Shown one piece after another: positions 1 through 8,313 of a DNA stretch of 32,000 bases. The notes below the pieces were generated by a model. That model ran no database searches. It was not told the DNA's origin and saw only the letters and a program-made list of their open reading frames with translations. Numbering within the stretch: the stretch's first letter is position 1; each line of letters begins with the position of its first letter. The stretch is from an uncultured archaeon (GTDB lineage: Archaea > Micrarchaeota > Micrarchaeia > Micrarchaeales > CABMGC01): NCBI GenBank assembly GCA_963704435.1, contig OY969902.1, positions 30,001 through 62,000 on the forward strand, written 5' to 3'. The position numbers and the translations under genes are program-made.

Positions 1-2124
1 CCGTGCTTTGACGAGCCCGAGTTCAAGGCGGTGTTCGAGGTGTCGCTCATCGCGGACAGCGGTCTAGACTGCATATCCAACATGCCCGCCATCAGCGAGG
101 AGCGGATCGGCAATGGAATGAAGAAAGTGACTTTCCCGCCGACCCCGATAATGTCGACGTACCTGCTCTACCTTGGGGTGGGCAGGCTGGAGCGCGTGAA
201 AAGCACCCTCGGCAAGCTCAGGATGAGCGTGATCACCACCCAAGGGAAGGGCAAGCTCACCGCGCTGGCGATGAATTACGCCAAGGCGTCCATCAGGTTC
301 TATGAGAGGTATTTCGGCATAAGGTATCCCCTGCCCAAGCTCGACCTGATAGCGGTCCCGGATTTCGCGGAGGGCGCGATGGAGAACTGGGGCGCGCTCA
401 CGTTCAGGGAGGCGGAGCTTCTCGGGGATGCCAGCTCGTCCGTGGCGCTGAGGCAGACCATCGCCGAGGTCGTCGCGCATGAGCTGGCCCACCAGTGGTT
501 CGGCGACCTAGTGACCATGCGCTGGTGGGACGACATATGGCTGAACGAGAGCTTCGCCACGTACATGTCCTGCAAGGCGAACGACGCGATGTTCCCGAAG
601 TGGGAGGTCAAGACCCAGTACCTGCTCGACACGGTCGACTCCGCGCTCGAATCCGACCAGTTCAGGTCGACGAGCCCGATACACGTCAGCGTGGACGACC
701 CGGCGCAGATAGACGAAGCGTTCGAGCCGGGCATCAGCTACGACAAGGGCGGCTCGGTCCTGAACATGATAGAGGATTACGTGGGCCCGAAGGTGTTCAG
801 GAACGCGCTGCATACGTACCTGAGCGAGCACGCGTATGGCAATGCCAAGGAGTCGGACCTCTGGCGCGCGATGGAGAGGGAGGCCAGGCGCGAGAGAAAG
901 GGGATTCCCGTGGCCAGGGTCGCGAGCCGATGGATAAACGAGCCAGGCTATCCCCTGGTGAGTGTGAGCGCCGAGAGGGGCGCCTTCAGGCTGAGGCAGA
1001 GCAGGTTCTGCATCGACGGGGACGACTCGGAGCCGAGCGGCTGGCCGATACCGATAAGCTACCTCTTGCCCGGGAAGAAGGAGGGCAAATTCCTGATGGA
1101 CAAAGCGGTGCACAGCCTGCCCGGCTCAGGCGCGGCATGGCTGAAATTAAACCACAACCAGAACGGCGTCTACCGCGTCAGGTACGAGGGAGAGCTGCTG
1201 AAGGGGATCGGCGAGGCGATAAGGAAAAAGGAGCTCAGCGACGTGGACGCGTGGGGCGTGGAGAACGACCTCTTCGCATTTGCCAGGTCCGGCCGCATCG
1301 ATGCCGCGTCATACCTGACGTTCGTGCAGGACTACTGCTTCGGCCGCGGATACCCGCTCGACACCAGCATCCTCGACCACCTGGACTGGATGTACTACAT
1401 GCTCTATTCCACCTACCTATCCTCCCTCGTGGAGAGGCCCCTCGTGGCGTATGCGCACAAGGTGCTGGACCGCATCGGGACCGAAAGGAAGCCGGGCGAG
1501 AGAAACGTGGACACTATGCTGAGGAGCTCCGCCCTGCTCAGCCTCGGCGTGGCCGAGGACAGGGAGGCGGTCGCCATAGCGCGCGGGATCTTCAGCAGGT
1601 TCAAGGCCGGCAGCTCCACTCTCGATAAGAACCTGATGGGCGCGGTCTTCAGGATCGCGCTGTGGAACGGAGACCGGGGCGCGTTCGGCACGCTGAAGGA
1701 GAGATACTTGAGCGAGAAGGTCCCCGAGAACAGGATGCGCATCCTGGGTTCGCTGGGATTCGTCAGGGACACGTCGCTGCTGAAGGAGGCGCTCGATTTC
1801 GCGCTGTCAAAGCAGGTCAGGTATGAAGACGTGATATACATACTCAACGGCTCCGCCGACTTCTATCCGGCCGCAAGGGGGATCATATGGAAGTGGACCT
1901 CCGCCAACTGGAAGACGCTCATGGCAAGATACCCTTCGGAGACGAAGATGCTGGAGAGCTTCGTATCCGTGCTGTCCGCGCAGAGCGACCAGGATTCCAG
2001 GCGGGAGATCGGGGCGTTCTTCAGCAAGAAGTCGAACGCGAGGGAGGACATCGGGCGGGCGCTGAGCAAGACGCTCGCGAGGATAGACACCAACATAAAG
2101 TTCAGGAGGGTGAACTGCGTCTAA
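1..2124 (+). CDS. M1-family zinc aminopeptidase (aminopeptidase N / tricorn-interacting-factor-like), 5'-partial
   Basis: The frame is open from nt 1 (PCFDEPEFKA...), so the 5' end lies outside the window. It carries the GAMEN exopeptidase motif (AEGAMENWG) and the HEXXH-18-E zinc site (HELAHQWFGDLVTMRWWDDIWLNESFA). Stop is TAA at 2122-2124. Confidence 0.9.
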   Translation, partial: PCFDEPEFKAVFEVSLIADSGLDCISNMPAISEERIGNGMKKVTFPPTPIMSTYLLYLGVGRLERVKSTLGKLRMSVITTQGKGKLTALAMNYAKASIRFYERYFGIRYPLPKLDLIAVPDFAEGAMENWGALTFREAELLGDASSSVALRQTIAEVVAHELAHQWFGDLVTMRWWDDIWLNESFATYMSCKANDAMFPKWEVKTQYLLDTVDSALESDQFRSTSPIHVSVDDPAQIDEAFEPGISYDKGGSVLNMIEDYVGPKVFRNALHTYLSEHAYGNAKESDLWRAMEREARRERKGIPVARVASRWINEPGYPLVSVSAERGAFRLRQSRFCIDGDDSEPSGWPIPISYLLPGKKEGKFLMDKAVHSLPGSGAAWLKLNHNQNGVYRVRYEGELLKGIGEAIRKKELSDVDAWGVENDLFAFARSGRIDAASYLTFVQDYCFGRGYPLDTSILDHLDWMYYMLYSTYLSSLVERPLVAYAHKVLDRIGTERKPGERNVDTMLRSSALLSLGVAEDREAVAIARGIFSRFKAGSSTLDKNLMGAVFRIALWNGDRGAFGTLKERYLSEKVPENRMRILGSLGFVRDTSLLKEALDFALSKQVRYEDVIYILNGSADFYPAARGIIWKWTSANWKTLMARYPSETKMLESFVSVLSAQSDQDSRREIGAFFSKKSNAREDIGRALSKTLARIDTNIKFRRVNCV

Positions 2125-2132
2125 GTAGATAT

Positions 2133-2152
2133 CCTCCGGCTAAAGCCGGGGG
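2133..2152 (+). terminator. Stem-loop just after the aminopeptidase stop (CCTCCGGC-taaa-GCCGGGGG)
   Basis: An 8-bp stem (one G-U pair) with a 4-nt loop was read directly from the sequence, 9 nt after the stop codon. Termination function is inferred only. Confidence 0.3.
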
Positions 2153-2180
2153 CTTTAAAGCAAGACAAAAATGTTGAAAC

Positions 2181-2414
2181 GTGATGAGCATGGAAAAAAG
2201 AAATAGTTTGAGAAGACCACGAACTTGGAAAGGGACTTTACTCGCCTTGGTCCTTTTGGAGTTCATTGTGAGCATAGTAATGCTCTTGGCAGGGTATCTT
2301 ACAGGAAACGCATACTTCCGAGGAGTCGGAGTCGGGTTGCTGATTTCTTGGGTTACTGGAGGCTTGGCTTTCCTCATAGTAAGGGTTCGCATGACTTCTG
2401 AAGGCGCATCGTAA
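2181..2414 (+). CDS. Small hypothetical membrane protein (two predicted TM helices)
   Basis: This 77-aa ORF has two hydrophobic stretches (LLALVLLEFIVSIVMLLAGYL and GVGVGLLISWVTGGLAFLIV). No family was recognised. It lies in an A+T-richer patch, and the start could be GTG 2181 or ATG 2184. Confidence 0.4.
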   Translation: MMSMEKRNSLRRPRTWKGTLLALVLLEFIVSIVMLLAGYLTGNAYFRGVGVGLLISWVTGGLAFLIVRVRMTSEGAS

Positions 2415-2461
2415 TGGAGGAACGAAAAATGCAACATAACGAACGGCGTGTGGCATTCACT

Positions 2462-2481
2462 CCTCGGCTTGAAAGCCGAGG
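2462..2481. terminator. Stem-loop between convergent genes (CCTCGGC-ttgaaa-GCCGAGG)
   Basis: It has a perfect 7-bp stem and sits between the 3' ends of ORF 2181-2414 (+) and the EamA gene (-). Its sequence is similar to the hairpin at 2133-2152. Confidence 0.3.
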
Positions 2482-2548
2482 TTTCCCTGCAACCAGACCA
2501 ATGAAACGATGACTGGGGCCCGATTAATCCGCAAAACGCACTGAGGTC

Positions 2549-3406
2549 TCACGCGATGCTTATCGCTACGGCTCCCAAAACAAGCAGCATCAGGCCCAGG
2601 ATTTGGTGCTTCTTGAATCTATCCTTGTAAAAGAGATACCCTAGAATGATTACGAACCCCGCTTCTGTCGAGGCTATCGCGTAACCCACCGCCAAAAAAT
2701 TTACGTATGCAAGAGCAAGAAATCCTGTGGTCCCTAATCCCTGGAATATTCCTAACAAAGCGCCATATACGTTATGCTTCGCTGAAACTTTGCCTGCTTT
2801 CAAACGTTTAGTGTTCTCGGGCCGTATTTTGAAATAGATCGCCATCGTAAGCAAATCTGCAGAACCCCCGATTATCAACGGAGTAAAAATTCCGCCCGAG
2901 ATCTGAAGCGCAAAAATCAAAAGAAACGCGGATAGCGCCAGAATAATCTGTCCCGCTATGGCAGGGACGTATTTTTTATTTAATTTAAATCTCGCTTTGG
3001 TTGTAGCAAGAAACGTCCCGACCAAAATCGCTATGATGCAGAGGTCCTCGACAAATGTAACTTTCTCTTTAAGAACCAAGAGACCAAACAAAATTGTCAT
3101 CGCATAATATATTCCTGAGAGGGAAATGGTATTCGATACCTGCTCGGTTTCCAGAGTTTCATAGGTTAGGAACCATCCCAGCGCGGCAACAATTCCGGAT
3201 ACGGCCGAAAGAATCACGACGGACGTATTTAGGCTCGTAACGCCAAGGAAATAGGCAAGTATCAGCATTGGGAGCAGACTGAAACTTGCCTCAGCCAGCG
3301 CCGATTTTTGCGCTCCCAATTTTTCCGAGGCGCTCTTTGCAAACATGTCTGCAAGGACGTATGCCGCGAGTGCGCCGAACGCTATTTCCAATCCCAGGCC
3401 AAGCAT
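2549..3406 (-). CDS. EamA/DMT-superfamily transporter (about 10 TM segments)
   Basis: The 285-aa protein is almost entirely hydrophobic, with a two-halves architecture typical of drug/metabolite transporters. The family call comes from overall pattern rather than a diagnostic motif. The gene is A+T-richer than its neighbours (hand counts 22/60 and 20/60 G+C). Confidence 0.7.
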   Translation of the reverse strand: MLGLGLEIAFGALAAYVLADMFAKSASEKLGAQKSALAEASFSLLPMLILAYFLGVTSLNTSVVILSAVSGIVAALGWFLTYETLETEQVSNTISLSGIYYAMTILFGLLVLKEKVTFVEDLCIIAILVGTFLATTKARFKLNKKYVPAIAGQIILALSAFLLIFALQISGGIFTPLIIGGSADLLTMAIYFKIRPENTKRLKAGKVSAKHNVYGALLGIFQGLGTTGFLALAYVNFLAVGYAIASTEAGFVIILGYLFYKDRFKKHQILGLMLLVLGAVAISIA

Positions 3407-3574
3407 GAGGGTATAAGCAAAGCCATCTTATTATGCCTTAGCGCCTCCTGAAAGAAGCCAAAAGTTTCGCAAGCCCAAGCGAGGAAACCAAGAAAGTTCT
3501 GCTGTTTTCGTAGACAATGCATAAGAAGGTATTCCGGGCTCAGTAATACAAGGGCAGAGAAGTGTGGTGGGTAT

Positions 3575-4063
3575 ATGGCGCAATCCAAACAGGCATCGGC
3601 GATGCAGCAGCAACCGCTGCCGGTGGTAATGACACTCCCGTCAATAGTGTCGTTTGATCCCACGCCTGCGGCTCGTACAATGGCCCGTTACCTCGTGGTG
3701 CAAGGCAGTGTGGAGGGAATGGGCGGGGGCGTATTAAGGGAAGGCGACGTAAAGGCAGCCGTAACTGATTTCAACAGGCGCGCAAACGAGCGCGAGAGCG
3801 AAATTGCGAGCAGGCTCGCGAACGATCGCGCGATGGCGCTCAGAAGCGAGATTATCAGGCTCGAAAAGAGGATTACCGATTTCGTCGAACTGATCCGCAT
3901 CGATGAGAAAGGAGACGATATCCTCTCCGCGGCCAGATGCGAAGCCGAAAGAAGAGGGGTCGACTTCTCCGGAAAGGATATGTCCCTCTCAAATCTTAAG
4001 AAGATGGTGCGCGTGCTAGAGGAGAAGTTCGGGATGCCGCTTGACCTTGAAGCCTCAGGTTAG
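3575..4063 (+). CDS. Hypothetical soluble protein, charged and helical (coiled-coil-like)
   Basis: This is a 162-aa ORF with no recognised motif. The start is uncertain: in-frame ATGs lie at 3575, 3602 and 3680, and a TATA-like GGTATAT just upstream of 3575 would favour 3602. Confidence 0.5.
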   Translation: MAQSKQASAMQQQPLPVVMTLPSIVSFDPTPAARTMARYLVVQGSVEGMGGGVLREGDVKAAVTDFNRRANERESEIASRLANDRAMALRSEIIRLEKRITDFVELIRIDEKGDDILSAARCEAERRGVDFSGKDMSLSNLKKMVRVLEEKFGMPLDLEASG

Positions 4064-4102
4064 CCACCGCTCCGATTGAGGGATTGCGGCCTAAGGCTAA
4101 GC

Positions 4103-4110
4103 TTTTTAAT
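4103..4110 (+). promoter_or_regulatory. TATA-box-like element (TTTTTAAT) for the downstream glycosyl-1-phosphate transferase gene
   Basis: The element is centred about 26 nt upstream of ATG 4132. That spacing is expected for an archaeal promoter giving a leaderless mRNA. Confidence 0.45.
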
Positions 4111-4131
4111 GATACTTAGAGGATATTAGCC

Positions 4132-5190
4132 ATGGCCTACCAGACCTACCTTACGCTCATAATACCCGCGATTGTCTCGTTCTTCGTGACCGTGGCCGCC
4201 ACGAAGTTCGTTATGGATTACCTGTTCGCGGCGGGGGTCGTCGCGGAGGACCACAACAAGGAGAAGCTGAAAGTACTCCCGAGCAGCGGAGGCCTTGCGG
4301 TGGTTTTCGGCATCATAGTGGGCGCGCTCACGTATGCATTCGGGGGAAGCTTCAACTTCTTCACGCCAGTGCTCAGCATCTCGAACCTTCTCGCAGTGGC
4401 GCTCTCGGTCACGCTGATAGCGATGGTGGGATTCCTCGACGACATAAACGTGAAGGGCCAGAGAGTGCGGCAGACAGGAGGCTACCTGGACAGAAAGAAG
4501 GGGCTCAAGATGTGGCAGAAGCCACTGCTCACGCTCATCGGCGCGCTTCCTCTGATGGCGATAAACGCGGGCATCAGCACCGTCACCGTCCCTTTCATAG
4601 GACCCATCAACTTCGGACTTGTGTATCCCTTGCTGCTTCTTCCGCTCGCGGTGGTGTTCGTTTCCAACGCCTTCAACCTGCTAGGCGGGTTCGACGGCCT
4701 GCAACCAGGCATGGCGATGATGGCGAGCATCGGCTTCATGGCATATTTCTTCTTCTTCGGTAGCGCGAACGCAGGATATACCGGCGCGCTGCTGTCAGTC
4801 CTGCTGTTCGCATCGTTGCTGGCGTTCATCCAGTTCAATAAGTTCCCCGCGAAGATACTCCCTGGCGACAGCTTCACCTACGCGATAGGCGCGATGCTGG
4901 TGGCGATAATGGTGATGGGCCACGCCGAGGCGTTTGGCGTGATAATATTCTTGCCCTGGATAGTGGAATTCGGCCTCCACCTTAGGAAGAAGTTCGATGT
5001 CCGCGATCTCGGCATAAGGCAGAAGGACGGGACACTGAAGGCGCCCTACGGAAAGAAGGTATACAGCCTGGCGCACCTGCTGATGAATGCGAAGCCGATG
5101 AAGGAATGGGAGGTATCGCTGTACCTCTGCGTAATAGAAGTAGGATTCGTCGTCCTAGCGCTTCTCCTGAAGGTGCACGGACTCCTGTAG
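4132..5190 (+). CDS. Polyprenyl/dolichyl-phosphate N-acetylhexosamine-1-phosphate transferase (MraY/WecA/GPT family, AglH-like)
   Basis: It is a polytopic membrane protein with the family motifs VGFLDDINV and NAFNLLGGFDGLQPG. The latter resembles the archaeal/eukaryal GPT-type NAxNxxxGxxGL motif. Confidence 0.8.
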   Translation: MAYQTYLTLIIPAIVSFFVTVAATKFVMDYLFAAGVVAEDHNKEKLKVLPSSGGLAVVFGIIVGALTYAFGGSFNFFTPVLSISNLLAVALSVTLIAMVGFLDDINVKGQRVRQTGGYLDRKKGLKMWQKPLLTLIGALPLMAINAGISTVTVPFIGPINFGLVYPLLLLPLAVVFVSNAFNLLGGFDGLQPGMAMMASIGFMAYFFFFGSANAGYTGALLSVLLFASLLAFIQFNKFPAKILPGDSFTYAIGAMLVAIMVMGHAEAFGVIIFLPWIVEFGLHLRKKFDVRDLGIRQKDGTLKAPYGKKVYSLAHLLMNAKPMKEWEVSLYLCVIEVGFVVLALLLKVHGLL

Positions 5191-5406
5191 AGGCGGAAGC
5201 TTGCGAGTCAGGAGGACATCGTTCTTCTTTATCAGCTTCCTCCTTCCCGCATGCGCGGCGTACCTGAGCGCCTTGTTCGCCAGGGCCTCGGTCAGCTTCT
5301 CAAGCTCCCGCTCGAGGTTAAGCACCGCATCCTCGGTCACGCGCTCAGCGCCGGCCTCCCTCAAAAATGCCTCCATGTCATATAGACTAAAAGCCCGCTC
5401 CCCCAA
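5155..5406 (-). CDS. Archaeal histone (histone-fold protein) with a short C-terminal tail
   Basis: The segment LREAGAERVTEDAVLNLERELEKLTEALANKALRYAAHAGRRKLIKKNDV aligns to HMf-type histones (..AGAERVSDDA....ARHAGRKTIKAEDI). Only the TTG start at 5406 retains helix alpha1. The last 36 nt overlap the convergent 4132-5190 gene. Confidence 0.8.
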   Translation of the reverse strand: MGERAFSLYDMEAFLREAGAERVTEDAVLNLERELEKLTEALANKALRYAAHAGRRKLIKKNDVLLTRKLPPLQESVHLQEKR

Positions 5407-5478
5407 TTAAGCACCTAAAGCAGTAGGTATATTATGAGTAGGTTTAAAAAGGGTCTGCGGGCTGCCGAATAGCGGCAG

Positions 5479-6672
5479 TTACTTGTATCTAAGGAGAGCC
5501 CCTATGCCCCCGAATCCCATAAGGAACTCCTTGCCCAGCGGGCTCTCGCCCGACACGAAAACAGTATCGGCGCCAACATTGTCCGCCATTCCTATAAGCT
5601 CCTCTATGGCGTCCTTCTCCGAGACTATGCTGAGCGTCCCGCCGTCGTCGTGCTTGGCCGTCCGCTGCTTGCCCGTCTCGATCTTCTCCATGGTCTGGCC
5701 GCACAGCCCGCACTTGTACGTGACGCGGTATAGCTCCAGCTCGTCGTTTATGACAAGGCTGTGGACATTGTTCTTCTCAAGTGCGTTCCTTACCTTCTCG
5801 TAGCCGTGCACCGCGAGTCCTCCCCCTGCAATCTCTGCCTTGAATCTGTCCAGTATCTTCCTCTCCTGCGAGGCCGCCTGCTCCTTGAGCAGCTCGTGCG
5901 CCTTGTCCAGCGTCTCGTTGAGGCCGGTCTCGTCCGTGTATCCGGTGTCGAATACCCCGAGTATCTTGACCTGGTAGTTGAGCTTGTTCTTTCGCACGAA
6001 GTTCTCCTTCGCTGGTCCCGGGCCACCGACGATCAGGCCCATCAGCTTGGTCGTGCTCTGCTGGTAGATCCCGTTCACCGTCTCCGATATCTCGGTGTAA
6101 TAGGCGTCGATGTCCTCCTCCCTGGCGCGCTCGAACCTCCCCGCGCTCTGCCCGCCCTTGCTCATCTTGGCGTGCGCCATGGAGTGGTGCCGCTTCACCA
6201 CCTGTATGTGGGAGCCCTTGAGCGTGGCGACAGTGGCCTCCCGCCCGTCCATGGCGAGCAGGACGTACATGTCCTTGGTCTCAAGCATCTCCTCTATCGG
6301 ATCGAGCAGGAACGTGGAGTCGCAGCGGTATATGTTCACCTTGAGCGGCATGGGCGGCTCCATCGAGAAGAGCTCGATGTCAGCCTTGCTCGCCTCCTTG
6401 GATATGTTGCCCGCGAATACGACGAGCCCGTTCTTCGGGGTCTCCCTGTACAGCTTCAGGTACTGGAGTATCTTGTCTATGGCGCTCTGCACGTTGGTGC
6501 GCGTGCTCTTCGACTTTATGTTGCCCGACTGGCTGTGCTCCTGCCTCAGCCTGTTCGTCTCCTCGCTCAGCTGGTAGCCGGCGGGTATGTATATGCTTAT
6601 CAGCTCGGTTCCCGAACCGCGCACCGACTTGAGTATCTTTATCTCCTTCAGCATCTCGTACTCTTTCTTCAT
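5479..6672 (-). CDS. prf1: Peptide chain release factor aRF1
   Basis: It has an NIKS motif (QSGNIKSKSTR), a YxCxxxF motif (YRCDSTF) and a GGQ motif (MSKGGQSAGRFER). Length is 397 aa. Confidence 0.93.
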   Translation of the reverse strand: MKKEYEMLKEIKILKSVRGSGTELISIYIPAGYQLSEETNRLRQEHSQSGNIKSKSTRTNVQSAIDKILQYLKLYRETPKNGLVVFAGNISKEASKADIELFSMEPPMPLKVNIYRCDSTFLLDPIEEMLETKDMYVLLAMDGREATVATLKGSHIQVVKRHHSMAHAKMSKGGQSAGRFERAREEDIDAYYTEISETVNGIYQQSTTKLMGLIVGGPGPAKENFVRKNKLNYQVKILGVFDTGYTDETGLNETLDKAHELLKEQAASQERKILDRFKAEIAGGGLAVHGYEKVRNALEKNNVHSLVINDELELYRVTYKCGLCGQTMEKIETGKQRTAKHDDGGTLSIVSEKDAIEELIGMADNVGADTVFVSGESPLGKEFLMGFGGIGALLRYK

Positions 6673-6812
6673 GCGGTGTCACTCCGTTTCCTATTACCCG
6701 CTTATCCTTTAAATGCTTCCTGGTTTTCCGCCGATTTTGTCCGGTCATTTTCAAGGCGAATGCATAAATACGTTAGAAGCGAACTCACATATCGAACAAA
6801 GAAAGTGTCTTT

Positions 6813-8303
6813 ATGGCGCGGCCAACAAATCCGATAGTAGAAAAGTTCATAGCATACCTAGATGAGAACGGTGACGTCCCATCCGCAGTTCCACAATTCG
6901 CAAAGAAGCACGGAATCAAGATGAGAGACACGTCCCCTACTATCGGCACTCTTTATTATCAATACCGTAAATGGCAGAAAGGTGAGTTCAAATCCGAGGA
7001 CGCCGATGCCGCGAATCATGGAGCGGAGCCGGCAGAACGCGGCGTTTTCAAGGGTTCGACAAAAGATCGAGCCGTGCACGAGATTGATGCGTTTCTCGCT
7101 GCGAATGCGTATCACCTGCAGAACTTAACTCACCCGCACAGATCTGCAGGTATGACCAAGGGTTTCGCCAAGTACGCCAGCGGGGCAATGACCAAAATTA
7201 ACGCCCTCTTGAACGGGGAATGCTTGGACGAAGAGCAAACGCAGAGACTGCGCATGTTGACAGCCATCGCCTACGACGTTTCGTGGAGCCCTCTCGAGCC
7301 GTTCAATATGCTCAAGGGCATCATCGCGGCAAAGAGTCGCAGCGGAAACGGCGCGAAGAGCGCTGCCGATATGGAAAGGCTGGCCGAAGATGCGAGAATC
7401 ATGATTGAAGTGGCGGGGAGCACGCACACTACTGCCGCCTCTCCAATAATACAGTACGACCGAGGCAATTTCCTGATAGTCAAGGGCTGCGACGACAAGT
7501 CCCTCGACGGCTTCGCGACTCCGGCCGCGCTCGCGGATGCGGTCAACTGGGCGTTTTGGGAAGCCATCGGTTATTTTGCAGGAGGCGGCCAGAGATACGA
7601 CGACATGCTGGCAAGGTATGAGACGGTGCTGAAACACTCCGATCTGCTCGACCTCTCCCGCGCAAAGGAGTTCTACAAGGATTTCGGCGTCGCTCCCCTG
7701 TCCGCTGGAGAGTGGGTCACCGAAGGCTACGTGAGCGCATTCAACCGGGAAAAATCCAGGATGGATAGCGATTTGGCGTCCAACCTAGCAGCTCCCATCG
7801 TGCTGAACGCCTTCCAACATGCTCTTGACCTGAGCGATGACGATCTGGGCGTGAAGGGGCGTGCGGTGGAGAAAGCGCTAGAGCCTTACAAGGCGTATCT
7901 GAAGACCGAGCCCGTGCAGAAGCTGCTCGCGCAATGCGTAACTGACAGCGTCAGTGCAATCTACGACGAGGACGCCGTCTTTTTCGTTAACGATTTGAAG
8001 ATCTATCTTTCCTACCTCGATGCGGATCCTTCGGCAAAGGCTGAGCTGGTAAGCTCGGCATTGCCTGACTTCAACTACTTGAACAAGGAGGATCCTAAAG
8101 AGCTCATCGAACTGCGGTTCCCGCTGGAACTGCTTACGCCGAAAAAGAAAGCGGAGATCGAAATCAAGCTCTGCGGGCACTTTGAAGATGCGATACTCAG
8201 CAACCTTGACATAAGTCCTGACAGCCCTGTTCTCAAGTGTGCTGTGAGACCTAATCAGCCAGAGATCAGGAATTCCGCGCCAACCCGCGTGACCAGGGTC
8301 TGA
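6813..8303 (+). CDS. Hypothetical protein, 496 aa, possible N-terminal helix-turn-helix
   Basis: This long ORF is not antisense to any recognisable gene. No catalytic motif or TM segment was seen. The N-terminus (FAKKHGI...TLYYQYRKWQKG) resembles transposase/terminase-type HTH segments. Confidence 0.6.
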   Translation: MARPTNPIVEKFIAYLDENGDVPSAVPQFAKKHGIKMRDTSPTIGTLYYQYRKWQKGEFKSEDADAANHGAEPAERGVFKGSTKDRAVHEIDAFLAANAYHLQNLTHPHRSAGMTKGFAKYASGAMTKINALLNGECLDEEQTQRLRMLTAIAYDVSWSPLEPFNMLKGIIAAKSRSGNGAKSAADMERLAEDARIMIEVAGSTHTTAASPIIQYDRGNFLIVKGCDDKSLDGFATPAALADAVNWAFWEAIGYFAGGGQRYDDMLARYETVLKHSDLLDLSRAKEFYKDFGVAPLSAGEWVTEGYVSAFNREKSRMDSDLASNLAAPIVLNAFQHALDLSDDDLGVKGRAVEKALEPYKAYLKTEPVQKLLAQCVTDSVSAIYDEDAVFFVNDLKIYLSYLDADPSAKAELVSSALPDFNYLNKEDPKELIELRFPLELLTPKKKAEIEIKLCGHFEDAILSNLDISPDSPVLKCAVRPNQPEIRNSAPTRVTRV

Positions 8304-8313
8304 TGCGGTCCTA

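Noticed and set aside
495-1628. A 377-aa alternative-frame ORF and minus-strand ORFs inside the aminopeptidase gene.
   Set aside because: The M1 peptidase frame carries the GAMEN and HEXXH-E motifs. The alternative products are Arg/Gly-rich nonsense.
2181-2187. GTGATGA (box C-like) at the start of the small ORF, and TTGATGA near 21271.
   Set aside because: No CUGA D box lies at an appropriate distance (about 50-60 nt) in either case.
5479-6672. Possible stop-codon reassignment, suggested by the unusual NIKS context (QSGNIKS instead of TASNIKS) and a half-degenerate zinc-ribbon insert in the aRF1 C-domain.
   Set aside because: All three stop codons terminate conserved proteins at their expected C-termini in this window. 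TAA ends the aminopeptidase and L24e, TAG ends S7 and EF-2, and TGA ends L30e, S12 and SMC. Nothing supports recoding.
5761-6837. 358-aa plus-strand ORF covering the aRF1 locus.
   Set aside because: It is antisense to a gene with unmistakable aRF1 motifs (NIKS, YxCxxxF, GGQ). Its product is a low-complexity Leu/Arg/Val-rich sequence, typical of stop-free antisense frames in G+C-rich DNA.
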